NCBI GenBank assembly: GCA_049700215.1
Contig: JBNAVT010000001.1
Location: forward strand, 1 to 64,000
Direction: 5' to 3'
Source of the DNA: Thermoproteota archaeon
Lineage (GTDB): Archaea; Thermoproteota; EX4484-205; JAAOZP01
DNA length: 64,000 bases
Under the pieces are notes generated by a model. The model did no database searches. It was not told the origin of the DNA and saw only the letters and a list, made by a program, of their open reading frames with translations. Of the stretch, positions 18,104 to 28,011 are shown in pieces. A program made the position numbers and the translations under genes. Position 1 is the stretch's first letter. Each line of letters opens with the position of its first letter.

Positions 18104-19702
18104 TTAGCTTTTCTCCTCTGTCTTGGGTTTCACTGTTAATATTACTTCGTCGACGCCTATTATCGTCGTAGCCAGTTCCACGGCTGAAACCATCCAGCTT
18201 TTAACTACGAGATAAGGGTCAACCACCTTTCCGTCCAGATCCGCTACTTCCCGGCTGATAGCGTCTATTCCGTATCCCGCGCCATCTTTAGAATGCTTGC
18301 TGTTAAGCAGCGACATCGTTGTTAGAGGCTTCATGCCGACATTTGTAGCAAGGGTTCTTACAAGCGATTCCAGGCTGTCGGCGAAAGCCTCGTATATCAG
18401 TCTATCCTCCTCAGACTGGTTCTCCGCACTTCTCCTCAACGCCCTCACTATCTCAAGCAGCTCCGCGCCGCCGCCGACGACGCGTCTCGGATCCCTGTAT
18501 AGGCTGAGGACTGCTGAGAGTGCGTGTTTAAACTCTCTCTCATACTCTTTTAAAAGATCCTCGTTTACGCTTCTCAAAAGTATTGAAACAGCCTTTGGCT
18601 CGCGGCAGCCTTCTACGAAAACTATTTTCTCGTTTTCGAAAACCTCTTCCCTGACGGTGTCTGCCCTGCCAAGCTTATCCTCAGAAACATCCTCCGGGTC
18701 TGAAACGATCTTTCCATAGGTTGCTCTCTCAAGCCTCTCCATGTCTGACCTTTTCACCCGTCTGACTGCTGTGACGCCGTTCCTGTAGAGGTATTGCTGT
18801 GCAAGCTCGTCTATACCCTTCTGGCAGAAAACAACGTTGGCTCCAGACTTAACTATCCTGTCAACCCTTTCCCTTATCATCTCCTCCTCTTCCCTAATGA
18901 ACCCGCGGAGCTCCTCAGTCGTCTTAACCTCTATTTCAGTCGATATTTCAGTCTTCTTAACCTCCAGAGCGTAGTCTATCAGTGCAATCCTAGCGTCTTT
19001 AACTGTTTTACTCATGTTCGGATGGACGACTTCCTTGTCGACTATAACACCGTTTACAAGCCTGGAGTCTAAAACCTCGTGCCCACGCTTCCTAACTATG
19101 CTCACCCAGTCTATGTCCGCGTAATACCCGCCGTCCCTCTTTTCAACAATTCTTTCAGCAGTGCTCAGAACTATTTCGGCAAGACGTTTCCTCTCGTCTG
19201 GAGAGGAGAAGAAAGTGATCGCCGTTTCAGCAATCCTCTTAAGCTTCTCCCTGTCTGAAAGGTCAACCGGCTTAGCGTCCTTCTCAAGCTTTTCAAGAGC
19301 CTCGGTGAGCGCCTTATTATACCCTCTGACTATTGAAATCGGGCTTATTCCCTGCTTATACAGGCTGTACGCGTTCCTAACTAGGTCGCAGGTTAAAAGT
19401 ATGAGTGAAGTGGTACCGTCTCCAACCTCTTTCTCAAGAGCCTTGGCAGCGTCTATTATTATCTTGCCCACCGGGTGTTCAATACTCGCCTCGCTGAGAA
19501 TAGTTACCCCGGTCTTAGTCACCGTGACGTCTCCGACTGTGCCTACTAGGAGCTTGTTTAAGCCTCTTGGACCATAGGCGGTTCTGACAACCTCGCCTAT
19601 TACGAGCGAGGCTACAATATTGTTTTCATAAGCCTCCTCCTTGCTCCTCCTCACGGTTGTTTCTTTAAGCACTATTGCCGGTCTAGTCTGTTCATAGGCC
19701 AT
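18104..19702 (-). CDS. Thermosome (group II chaperonin) subunit, divergent
   Basis: YGPRGLNK, VGDGTT, CQKGIDE, RRVKRSDMERL. Confidence 0.93.
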   Translation of the reverse strand: MAYEQTRPAIVLKETTVRRSKEEAYENNIVASLVIGEVVRTAYGPRGLNKLLVGTVGDVTVTKTGVTILSEASIEHPVGKIIIDAAKALEKEVGDGTTSLILLTCDLVRNAYSLYKQGISPISIVRGYNKALTEALEKLEKDAKPVDLSDREKLKRIAETAITFFSSPDERKRLAEIVLSTAERIVEKRDGGYYADIDWVSIVRKRGHEVLDSRLVNGVIVDKEVVHPNMSKTVKDARIALIDYALEVKKTEISTEIEVKTTEELRGFIREEEEMIRERVDRIVKSGANVVFCQKGIDELAQQYLYRNGVTAVRRVKRSDMERLERATYGKIVSDPEDVSEDKLGRADTVREEVFENEKIVFVEGCREPKAVSILLRSVNEDLLKEYEREFKHALSAVLSLYRDPRRVVGGGAELLEIVRALRRSAENQSEEDRLIYEAFADSLESLVRTLATNVGMKPLTTMSLLNSKHSKDGAGYGIDAISREVADLDGKVVDPYLVVKSWMVSAVELATTIIGVDEVILTVKPKTEEKS

Positions 19703-19799
19703 TTCGTATCACCTCAGTACTCCTTCCTTTAAAAGACTTTTTAAAAGCTTTTCCTAAGAGACAACATTTATTAGGTTAGTGTTCTTCTTCTGCGCAAGT

Positions 19800-20027
19800 T
19801 TGGGAAAGATCTACGACAGCCGGGTTAAAGGGGTTGCGAGGATGCTGCTGCTTAAATACGGTGATCTCTTCACCAACGATTATTACGCGAACAAGCAGGT
19901 TTTGAGGAAGATCGCGGTTTTCCAGTCTAAGAAGCTTCTGAACAGGGTTGCCGGCTATATTACGTCAGTTAAATCCTCGGAGGGAGGAGGACGGCGGGAG
20001 GAGGTTATTGAGGTTGGAGAAGAGTGA
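19800..20027 (+). CDS. rps17e: 30S ribosomal protein S17e
   Basis: FTNDYYANK, SKKLLNRVAGYIT. Confidence 0.9.
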   Translation: MGKIYDSRVKGVARMLLLKYGDLFTNDYYANKQVLRKIAVFQSKKLLNRVAGYITSVKSSEGGGRREEVIEVGEE

Positions 20028-20391
20028 GTTCCCAATCTTTCTCTCTGTCTTCGACTACGGCTGGTTGAAGAGGGCTCTGAGGGAAGCTGAAGCCTATCTA
20101 AAGGAGTCTAAGAAGGCTTCTCCGCCTTTAAAACTCATATACGCGAGGATGTCAATCCTTTCAAGCAGAATGCTTGTAACCATGCTTTTCCCACCGATGA
20201 GCAAGTATGAGAACGCTAACGTCAGCGAAGAGGCTTCCAACCCTGTTGAGTATAGGCTTCGAAGCCTATACGATAAGGCTCTTGAAAAGGTTGAAAAAAT
20301 ACAGCTTTCAGAGGACGAGGCTGTGGAGATAAGTGATTTCCTGTATAACCTTTCATCCACAATCCTCGAGCAGATTCTCAGCAAAAACTAG
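20014..20391 (+). CDS. Hypothetical helical protein
   Basis: ORF overlapping rps17e stop, host-like codon usage. Confidence 0.6.
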   Translation: MEKSEFPIFLSVFDYGWLKRALREAEAYLKESKKASPPLKLIYARMSILSSRMLVTMLFPPMSKYENANVSEEASNPVEYRLRSLYDKALEKVEKIQLSEDEAVEISDFLYNLSSTILEQILSKN

Positions 20392-20440
20392 CGTGTCAGG
20401 CGCTTGCTTTCAGGTTTAAATAGTTCCTTCAGCATATTTT

Positions 20441-20506
20441 CTCGAATGATGTGAACTGACCTGCTCTGAGAGAACGACTCTATGAAGACCATGCACCTCT
20501 CTGAGG
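20441..20506 (+). ncRNA. C/D box guide sRNA with two 16S rRNA guides
   Basis: C box ATGATGT 20446, D' CTGA 20466, C' ATGAAGA 20482, D CTGA 20501; guides ACTGACCTGCT and CCATGCACCTCT; TTTAAATA upstream, T-run downstream. Confidence 0.85.
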
Positions 20507-20509
20507 TTT

Positions 20510-21103
20510 TCAATCCTGTTTAAAATGGCTGAGTCTCTTCAAGTAGCTGTCTACAATCATTGGCGGCAGCCCGATGTCTATCAGCATATCTCTGAATTCA
20601 TCGAGTGTTTTACCGCCTTCTTTAAGATTCTTCTGAGCGAGGCTTCTCACTGTTTCCCCAATCTCATGGGGGAAAATGATCCATTTCTCAGTTTTCTTAA
20701 CATAGTAGTCTGGCTTCAACGTGCTCCAAGGCTTATAGTATACGGTTGCAACCCTAACCTCTCGAGCACCCTTGGCTTCAAGATGTCTGCGCACTATCTC
20801 CAAGCTTCTACCAGTATCTGCAACGTCGTCAACAACCAGCACCCTCTTCCCGTAAACGTCGACGTTAACATCCTGCAGGATTCTGGGCTCACGGCCTGTT
20901 TTTTTAACATCCTCGTAGAAGGCAACCCTTATGATCCCTATCTCCGGTTTTTCAAACTCGTCTGAAAAAATCCTGAGCGGGACGAGTCCTCCTCTTGAAA
21001 CCCCGATTATGACTTCAGGCGTATATCCTGATTTCAAAACTTTCTCAACGAGCTCCAGCGTGAGCTGGTAGAAATGCTCCCAGCTTATTACTTCGAATTC
21101 CAT
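20510..21103 (-). CDS. Purine phosphoribosyltransferase (HGXPRT-like)
   Basis: GVSRGG, VLVVDDVADTGRSL, WIIFPHE; start reassigned to MEFEVISW. Confidence 0.9.
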   Translation of the reverse strand: MEFEVISWEHFYQLTLELVEKVLKSGYTPEVIIGVSRGGLVPLRIFSDEFEKPEIGIIRVAFYEDVKKTGREPRILQDVNVDVYGKRVLVVDDVADTGRSLEIVRRHLEAKGAREVRVATVYYKPWSTLKPDYYVKKTEKWIIFPHEIGETVRSLAQKNLKEGGKTLDEFRDMLIDIGLPPMIVDSYLKRLSHFKQD

Positions 21104-21167
21104 TCTGGCTTTAAAGCTTAAATGCTCTAAAATAAATGTTTTTATCCCGTTTATCGGCTGAATATCC

Positions 21168-21710
21168 GTGTTGGACCCTGTTCGAAGCATGGATTCGCTG
21201 GGCATGTGCTTCACGCTTCTAATGGTCAACAGCCTCCCGGAGGACTGGGTTAGCCTAACGGCCGAGTTGAAGAAGAATAGGAGAGTTTTCATCCAGTTTT
21301 TCAACCCGGCCTGCCTAGTGAGCGAGCTAATCCCTTTCCTAGCCTATAATGTTCACCAGGCTTTCAAACACGGGTACAACGTGCTCAAAGGCTTTGAGCA
21401 AGAGCTTCTGGTGGCGCTTTACGGGAAGAGGAGCTTCCAGGAGGCGTCATCCACACTCGGAGCCTCGGTTTTACAGCGGGCGGCTATACTCCTTGTTTCA
21501 GAGAGTGCTGCAGTTTTAAAGGAGGCGGTGGCTGCTTTGAAGGAAGAGTTTTCTAAGAGAGGTCTGTCCGTTGAACCCTTCAAGGATGATGAGCAATTGT
21601 TCACATCCTTCTGGAGCAGCCTGCTTTCCAAGAACCTTAACGTTGAGGCGTTGAAGTATTCTGACGTGCTCGAGCTCGTCAAGGAGAGGATAGCGCTTCT
21701 ATACGTTTAA
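21168..21710 (+). CDS. cgi121: KEOPS complex subunit Cgi121
   Basis: IQFFN..AF..G.N....E.ELLVALYG.RSFQEA...G pattern, C-terminal ERIALL. Confidence 0.7.
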   Translation: MLDPVRSMDSLGMCFTLLMVNSLPEDWVSLTAELKKNRRVFIQFFNPACLVSELIPFLAYNVHQAFKHGYNVLKGFEQELLVALYGKRSFQEASSTLGASVLQRAAILLVSESAAVLKEAVAALKEEFSKRGLSVEPFKDDEQLFTSFWSSLLSKNLNVEALKYSDVLELVKERIALLYV

Positions 21711-21832
21711 GTCAGGCTTGAACAGGCTGGGGAGGCGGCTCCGAGGAATTCGGGCTTTGAACGGCTTAAAGAGGCCTTCCTGGAGGCCTGACGGTTGAAA
21801 CCGGGGCTCGCAAGATTAAAATACTAGTTTAC

Positions 21833-22576
21833 ATGCAGAAGAATGCAGCCTTGGAGGCACCGGAAATAGTAGTGGACGTTAAGGAGGTCACTAAGGATTA
21901 TGTTCTGAGGAGCGGTGTTGTGAAGGCTTTGAAAGGGATCGACCTGCAGGTGAAGAGAGGGGAGTACGTGGTTGTGATGGGCCCCTCTGGAAGCGGTAAG
22001 ACGACGCTGTTCAACATGATCGGCGGCTTGGATAAGCCTACGAGCGGAAGCGTTTCCATAGACAGTATAAACTTAGCTAAGATGAATGATCGCCAGCTCG
22101 CATGGGTTAGAAGCAGAAAAATAGGCTACATATTCCAGACTTTCAACTTGATACCTGTGCTTTCAGCCCAGGATAATGTTGCGCTGCCAATGGTCTTCCT
22201 CGGTATAAGCAAGGAGGAGAGGCGTAGGAAGGCTGCTGAGCTTCTTAGCCTAGTAGGCCTGGGGGACAGGCTCAGCCACAGGCCGCAGGAGCTTTCCGGT
22301 GGGCAGCAGCAGAGGGTGGCGATCGCAAGAGCGTTGGCGAACAATCCCTCCATAATACTTGCGGACGAGCCTACGGGCAACCTCGACCTCTCAACCGGGC
22401 TTTCAATAGTTCAGCTGCTATACAGGCTTAAGGTGGAGAGAAACACTACCGTGATATGCGCCACCCACGACCTTAAAATGGTGGACGTGTCTGACAGGCT
22501 TGCATGGCTTAGGGACGGAGTTATAGAGAGGATTGAGGAGAGGACAACAGTAACCCTAACCGCGGAAGAAATATAG
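21833..22576 (+). CDS. ABC transporter ATP-binding protein (LolD/MacB family)
   Basis: [32 protein letters not shown]. Confidence 0.93.
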   Translation: MQKNAALEAPEIVVDVKEVTKDYVLRSGVVKALKGIDLQVKRGEYVVVMGPSGSGKTTLFNMIGGLDKPTSGSVSIDSINLAKMNDRQLAWVRSRKIGYIFQTFNLIPVLSAQDNVALPMVFLGISKEERRRKAAELLSLVGLGDRLSHRPQELSGGQQQRVAIARALANNPSIILADEPTGNLDLSTGLSIVQLLYRLKVERNTTVICATHDLKMVDVSDRLAWLRDGVIERIEERTTVTLTAEEI

Positions 22577-22653
22577 TTTGGGGAAGGTGCTTCATACTTT
22601 TAACCAGGGGGATATGTTTTTATACTGCTTTTCAAAGTTCCATCCGACCCGAA

Positions 22654-22761
22654 ATGAGCGAGGATTTTGGCGAGGAGGAAGAAGAGGAAGAAGAATGGGA
22701 GGAAGAGGAAGAGGACTGGGAGGAAGACTGGGAAGAGGAAGAACTAGAGGAAGAATGGTAG
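22654..22761 (+). CDS. 35-aa hyperacidic Glu/Trp peptide (not in ORF track)
   Basis: MSEDFGEEEEEEEEWEEEEEDWEEDWEEEELEEEW; TTTTTATA about 30 nt upstream; tandem TAG TAA stop; mixed GAA/GAG codons. Confidence 0.65.
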   Translation: MSEDFGEEEEEEEEWEEEEEDWEEDWEEEELEEEW

Positions 22762-22818
22762 TAAGGGCAAAGCTTTTTCTCAAATAGTTTTCAAAAAGTT
22801 TTCCAGGGTTGATACGGA

Positions 22819-24597
22819 TTGGTTAGAGTAGCCGTAATAGACAAGGACTCCTGCAAACCCACGAAGTGTGGAAAACCCTGCAGGAAATACTGCCCAATAG
22901 TTAGGATAGGCCAGGAGGCAATATACTTCGTTGAGGAAGAGAATCCTCCCGTAATAAACGAGTACCTGTGCAGCGGATGCTGCATATGCGTTAAGAAGTG
23001 TCCTTTCAACGCCATATGGGTGGTAAACCTTCCGGACGAGCTTGAGAAGAAGGTTTTCCACAGGTATGGTGTTAACGCTTTCAAGCTCTACGGTTTCCCG
23101 GTTCTCTCTAGGGGGGCTGTTACAGGCATACTCGGCGAAAACGGAATAGGAAAGTCGACGGTGCTGAAGATAATAAGCGGGCTTGTGAAGCCGAACTTGG
23201 GAAGGGTTGGCGAAGAGGTAGGTGTGGATGAAATCCTGTCGTTCCTCAGGGGGAACGTTTCCTTCAGCCTTGTTGAAGATATTTTCAAGGGCAGGGTGAG
23301 ATGCATCTATAAGCCACAGTACTTGGACGATATTCCTAGGATTATCGGCGGTAAAAGCGTCGGGGAAACACTTGAGAAGGTGGATGAGAAGGGGGTTTTG
23401 AACGAGGTATTGGAAAAGCTGGAGCTGGAGAGCATTGTGGAAAATAGGGTGAGCAGTCTAAGCGGTGGAGAGCTGCAAAGGCTGGCAGTTGCAGCAGCCT
23501 TTATGAGGAAGGGCGACGTATACCTGTTCGACGAGCCCTCCAGCTTCCTCGACGTGAAGCAGCGTCTCAAGGTTGCTGAGCTAATAAGCTCTCTGAAGGA
23601 GGATGGTAAGATAGTCGTTGTTGTGGAGCATGACCTCACGCTGCTCGACTATCTTGCTGACTACCTCGTGATACTCTACGGGCAGCCCTCAGTTTACGGG
23701 GTCGTCTCACAGGTTCTCTCAGCACGCGTCGGGATAAACTCCTACCTGGAAGGCTACATAAGGCAGGAGAATATTCGTTTCAGGAGGGACAGGATAAGGT
23801 TCCATGCTCACAGCCTGGCGGAGGAGTCTCCAGCCCTGAAAATGTTCGAATGGCCGTCGATGCAGGTTTCGCTAGGAGGCTTCACTCTTAAGGCTGAGAA
23901 GGGCTTCATAGGGGTGGGTGAGGTAATAGGCATAGCTGGCCCAAACGGGATAGGTAAGACAACTATGCTTAAAGAACTGTTAAAATATTTCTCCGGCGGA
24001 GAATCCTTGTCGGACAGCGATCTGGCTAAGAGGATAGGATACAAGCCGCAGTATGTCTCCGGCCTGTTTAAGGGGGTTGTGGGAGACCTTTTGAAAGAAG
24101 CATACGGCGGTGAGGTGCCTGAGGTTTTTGAAAGCGAGCTGATAAAACCCCTTAAGCTGGACAGGCTTTCTGATAGGCTTGCGGAAACTCTTAGCGGCGG
24201 CGAACTTCAGGCTCTCGCGATAGCAGTAGCTCTTCTGAAGGATTCCCCAATATACTTCTTAGATGAGCCGTGCGCATACCTGGATGTTGAACAGAGGCTT
24301 GTCGTTATACGTGCGATACGCCACACCGTTATGAATAAGAAGGCTTCAGCATTCGTTGTTGAGCACGATATTGCAGCCCTAGCCTTCCTTTCCGACAGGC
24401 TTGTCTTCATCAGGGGTGAGCCCGGTGTCCAGGGGTATGCCTCTGAACCATTGAACGTCGCCGAGGGCATGAATAGTCTTCTCAAGTATCTGGACGTAAC
24501 CCTTAGAAGAGAGCCTGAAAACCTCCGTCCCAGGATAAACAAGAAGGATTCTAAGACAGACAGGCTTCAAAGGGCTCAGGGAAAGTATTACTACTAG
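22819..24597 (+). CDS. Ribosome recycling ATPase ABCE1/Rli1
   Basis: N-terminal Fe-S cysteines CSGCCICVKKCPF, twin ABC domains, RPRINK. Confidence 0.96.
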   Translation: MVRVAVIDKDSCKPTKCGKPCRKYCPIVRIGQEAIYFVEEENPPVINEYLCSGCCICVKKCPFNAIWVVNLPDELEKKVFHRYGVNAFKLYGFPVLSRGAVTGILGENGIGKSTVLKIISGLVKPNLGRVGEEVGVDEILSFLRGNVSFSLVEDIFKGRVRCIYKPQYLDDIPRIIGGKSVGETLEKVDEKGVLNEVLEKLELESIVENRVSSLSGGELQRLAVAAAFMRKGDVYLFDEPSSFLDVKQRLKVAELISSLKEDGKIVVVVEHDLTLLDYLADYLVILYGQPSVYGVVSQVLSARVGINSYLEGYIRQENIRFRRDRIRFHAHSLAEESPALKMFEWPSMQVSLGGFTLKAEKGFIGVGEVIGIAGPNGIGKTTMLKELLKYFSGGESLSDSDLAKRIGYKPQYVSGLFKGVVGDLLKEAYGGEVPEVFESELIKPLKLDRLSDRLAETLSGGELQALAIAVALLKDSPIYFLDEPCAYLDVEQRLVVIRAIRHTVMNKKASAFVVEHDIAALAFLSDRLVFIRGEPGVQGYASEPLNVAEGMNSLLKYLDVTLRREPENLRPRINKKDSKTDRLQRAQGKYYY

Positions 24598-24624
24598 TGT
24601 TTTTCAAAAAGGTTAAGTTTTTAA

Positions 24625-25341
<717 letters not shown>

Positions 25342-25377
25342 GTCCAACTGGTTTATTGATAATCTGCAAAATCGGAA

Positions 25378-25543
25378 CTATTTTCTAAAAGTTTTCTCCA
25401 TCCCATAGCTATAAGTTTTTGAAACCAAGCATCCTGTAAAACTTAACCGGAGCCCTGTTCTCTTTCAACACATTAAGCCTAACGGTTTTCACACCCCTAG
25501 CCTTCAGAGTTTTCAAGCTTTCAACAACCAGCTTCCTGCCTAG
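25378..25543 (-). pseudogene. C-terminal fragment of GNAT acetyltransferase
   Basis: LGRKLVVESLKTLKARGVKTVRLNVLKENRAPVKFYRMLGF; begins exactly at palindrome 25541; A-run frameshift near end. Confidence 0.7.
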
Positions 25544-25552
25544 CGCGTGCTT
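25541..25552. repeat. Dispersed palindrome TAGCGCGTGCT(T)
   Basis: Direct reading; junction of two gene fragments. Confidence 0.7.
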
Positions 25553-25553
25553 T

Positions 25554-25775
25554 TTGAAAATTCTCTATACGGTGCCTCAGAATTCGAAATATACATGGAG
25601 GGCTTCTCTTTACTATGGTGGGAAGCAGATAGGCCTCGGCATGGTTAGGATTTACATCTCCACAGAGCCTGAACTCTTGACGGGTAAAGTACTGGTAGGC
25701 AGGAAGGCTTTAAACAATAAAATAAGGTCGTTGATAATGAATATGCTGAAAAGGCGAGTTCTTCTAGAGTTTTAG
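25554..25775 (+). pseudogene. Gene fragment between two palindromes, possibly clan AA aspartic protease-like C-terminus
   Basis: VLVGRKALN resembles LLGRDVLN motif; no convincing start. Confidence 0.35.
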
Positions 25776-25786
25776 CACGCGCTAAA
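25771..25786. repeat. Dispersed palindrome TTTAGCACGCGCTAAA
   Basis: Direct reading. Confidence 0.75.
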
Positions 25787-25828
25787 CCCTTGTATAAACC
25801 TGTTCGACATCTTATGGCTGTTAAATAA

Positions 25829-25858
25829 AACTTTTAATAGCACGCGCTATTAAAAGTT
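25829..25858. repeat. 30-bp near-perfect palindrome AACTTTTAATAGCACGCGCTATTAAAAGTT
   Basis: One mismatched pair; ends 2 nt before ATG 25861. Confidence 0.85.
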
Positions 25859-25860
25859 GG

Positions 25861-26631
25861 ATGAAAAAAGAAGGAACCAAAGTTTTAACACTTATGGTTC
25901 TCAGTTTTCTTCTTATCCCTTTTTTTAATTCTGACATACGGATTAGGTATAGATGCAGAAACTGTAGCGTAGGCTCTTCTCTATCTTTAGAAGTGGGTTC
26001 CACAGCTCCATTTGTCTGGAAGAAAATGAGAATACTTAAAGGTGAAGAAAGGAATATGCTTATCTCCAACATAATGAAGACCAATGACTATAAAATGGTG
26101 GCTCTCAGCTTGGAAAAACTAGGTCTTGAACCCCTCTTCGAAGAGGCTTGGGCAGTAGAGGTGTTAGAGGCTCGTGATGCGATACTGACCAGAACTTTAG
26201 GGGTTAGCGTTGAATTTCTTCGTAAATCTGATGGTTTTTCGCTTATCGCAATTTTCGTTCTGGAACCATATGCAAAATCGCTTGTTTACAGGTTTAACAA
26301 GGAGACGAACATGCTCAATCTGGTGAGTGGTACGATCGGCGGAAAGAACATCATCTTACCTTCAGAGGGACAAACTCTTTCATCATGCCCACCTTGCGAA
26401 GTTCTTGTGAGCGAGTGTGTATCGATCGATCTTGCCTGTGTTCTATTGCAATGCTATGACTGTTATGATGTATGCGAGATACCCACACCGGTTTGTGTCG
26501 GCTGCATCATCTTCTGGTGCGGCTTTGGTTCACTTTATCTTTGTTGCAACAGTCAGCTGGTCTGCAAACCTTGCGACCCGGCAAGTTGTTATTATGCGGA
26601 ATGCATGGGTTGTCCAGGATGTGGCGGGTAA
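25861..26631 (+). CDS. Secreted precursor with Cys-rich C-terminus (halocin C8-like bacteriocin candidate)
   Basis: Signal peptide, about 150-aa pro-region, 18 Cys in last ~82 aa with repeated CxxC. Confidence 0.6.
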   Translation: MKKEGTKVLTLMVLSFLLIPFFNSDIRIRYRCRNCSVGSSLSLEVGSTAPFVWKKMRILKGEERNMLISNIMKTNDYKMVALSLEKLGLEPLFEEAWAVEVLEARDAILTRTLGVSVEFLRKSDGFSLIAIFVLEPYAKSLVYRFNKETNMLNLVSGTIGGKNIILPSEGQTLSSCPPCEVLVSECVSIDLACVLLQCYDCYDVCEIPTPVCVGCIIFWCGFGSLYLCCNSQLVCKPCDPASCYYAECMGCPGCGG

Positions 26632-26653
26632 AAAGCCTCTGTGGAGCAAGTGA

Positions 26654-27088
26654 ATGAGAACATTGAATGAATACCTTCAAAAAATTTCTGAATGGAAGAA
26701 ATTTGCAGTGTGGAGTATAATTACCCTAATTCCGTTAATCCTTCTCTGGTTCATAATACTCGACGAGAACATGTTCATGAGCCTGATCAGGAATCAGGGT
26801 TCCAGGGTTCCACTGATCATCGTGGCTATAGCCGCTTCAACATCGTGGACCTATGGAGTATTGAAAAGGCTTAGACTTTATACCAGAGTCCTCCAGATCA
26901 AGCTATTACCGGGCAGGCTTATGGTCAGCATAGTGTTCTTCACACTATTGCTAACGGCGAAAGCAATATACTCGTGGCAAACTCAAAACTGGGGGCTGCT
27001 CGTAGGAGGTATTTTCTTCGCAACATTCTGCTTCCTACTTCTCTGGAAACTAGTTTACGGTCATCCTGAAGAAAAAGCTAAATCCTAG
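26654..27088 (+). CDS. 4-TM membrane protein, candidate immunity protein
   Basis: Four hydrophobic helices; directly downstream of Cys-rich precursor. Confidence 0.55.
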   Translation: MRTLNEYLQKISEWKKFAVWSIITLIPLILLWFIILDENMFMSLIRNQGSRVPLIIVAIAASTSWTYGVLKRLRLYTRVLQIKLLPGRLMVSIVFFTLLLTAKAIYSWQTQNWGLLVGGIFFATFCFLLLWKLVYGHPEEKAKS

Positions 27089-27102
27089 TAGCGCGTGCGC
27101 TA
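27089..27102. repeat. Dispersed palindrome TAGCGCGTGCGCTA
   Basis: Immediately after stop codon 27088. Confidence 0.75.
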
Positions 27103-27254
27103 TAAACCACTTTCACCCAACCCTCTCTCTTAAGCGTTTACTTACCGTAGTCTTTAAACACTTTCCCAGAGGATATGTAGGCATGCTGGGCGGGTACTTA
27201 ACTGGGGAGCGTGCTGGAAAGCCTTATCTTAAGCCTACGCTCAGCATATTCAGA

Positions 27255-28011
27255 ATGGTTAAGCATGCTCTGAGGAGCCTGCTTTTAACAGTATTCTTCT
27301 CAGCATTCCTCGCGCTTCTCCCGCCCTGTTTAAGCCACCCGTTCAACAGGCCCACAGCCTTGGGGTCGCCTTCATCATACTCCTGGAGCAGCCTGAGCAC
27401 GAATACCGTGACGATAACCTACTCTATCAGCGAGGAAGCGTGGTGCGGCGGGACAGGCTACCTCCACATTGACGCTAGACCCGGCCAGGGAACCTACGGC
27501 GACACTAAAGACGCTACTGCAAGGATAACAGTGCCGGAGGGCCTCGTAGCAGGAGTTTACGTTTGCGGCGATGACCGCAACCCTCCTCCAAACGGCTGGA
27601 CGGTTCAGGATAAGTATCTCAGGATTGAGGTCGACGGGGCTAAGGTTTTCGAGCTCGGTAAGGAGTACTGGTGGGCGAAATGCTACTCTAAGGCCACTGT
27701 TCTAGGCCCAGGTACGCACGAGGTTAAGCTGACCATAGGCATCACTGTTAAGGTTTCCTCGAACTACGAGGAGCGCGACATAGCCTACGCTGCGATGGAT
27801 ATCAGGCTAGCGCGCGCTATCCTTTAAGGGAAAGTACTTCGCCGATGATGAATGGAAAGATCAGTTTAAGGACGTTAGATATGGAATTCCTGTTGCCACT
27901 TTCATTAAAGTTGATGCTTTACCGAAGGCTTTGGCAGAGAAGAATTTGGAAGGGATCATCGATGTTGCAGTAGATCCCGACTTTTATGAAAATCCCAACT
28001 ATCAGCCATGA
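27255..28011 (+). pseudogene. Internally deleted secreted protein: N-terminal part (to 27827) and out-of-frame C-terminal part (27820-28011)
   Basis: Signal peptide MVKHALRSLLL..; after palindrome 27808 a start-less 63-aa frame SFKGKYFADDEW..YQP*. Confidence 0.6.
27808..27819. repeat. Dispersed perfect palindrome TAGCGCGCGCTA
   Basis: At frame-switch junction. Confidence 0.8.

Noticed and set aside
22578-22787. Gly/Arg-rich (+) and Pro/Leu-rich (-) ORFs in the track
   Set aside because: Alternative frames of the Glu/Trp peptide gene, which has the promoter spacing and third-position variation
25541-27819. Palindromes as integron attC sites or CRISPR repeats
   Set aside because: Too short, no RYYYAAC/GTTRRRY architecture with extrahelical bases, irregular spacing, no integrase or cas1 in window
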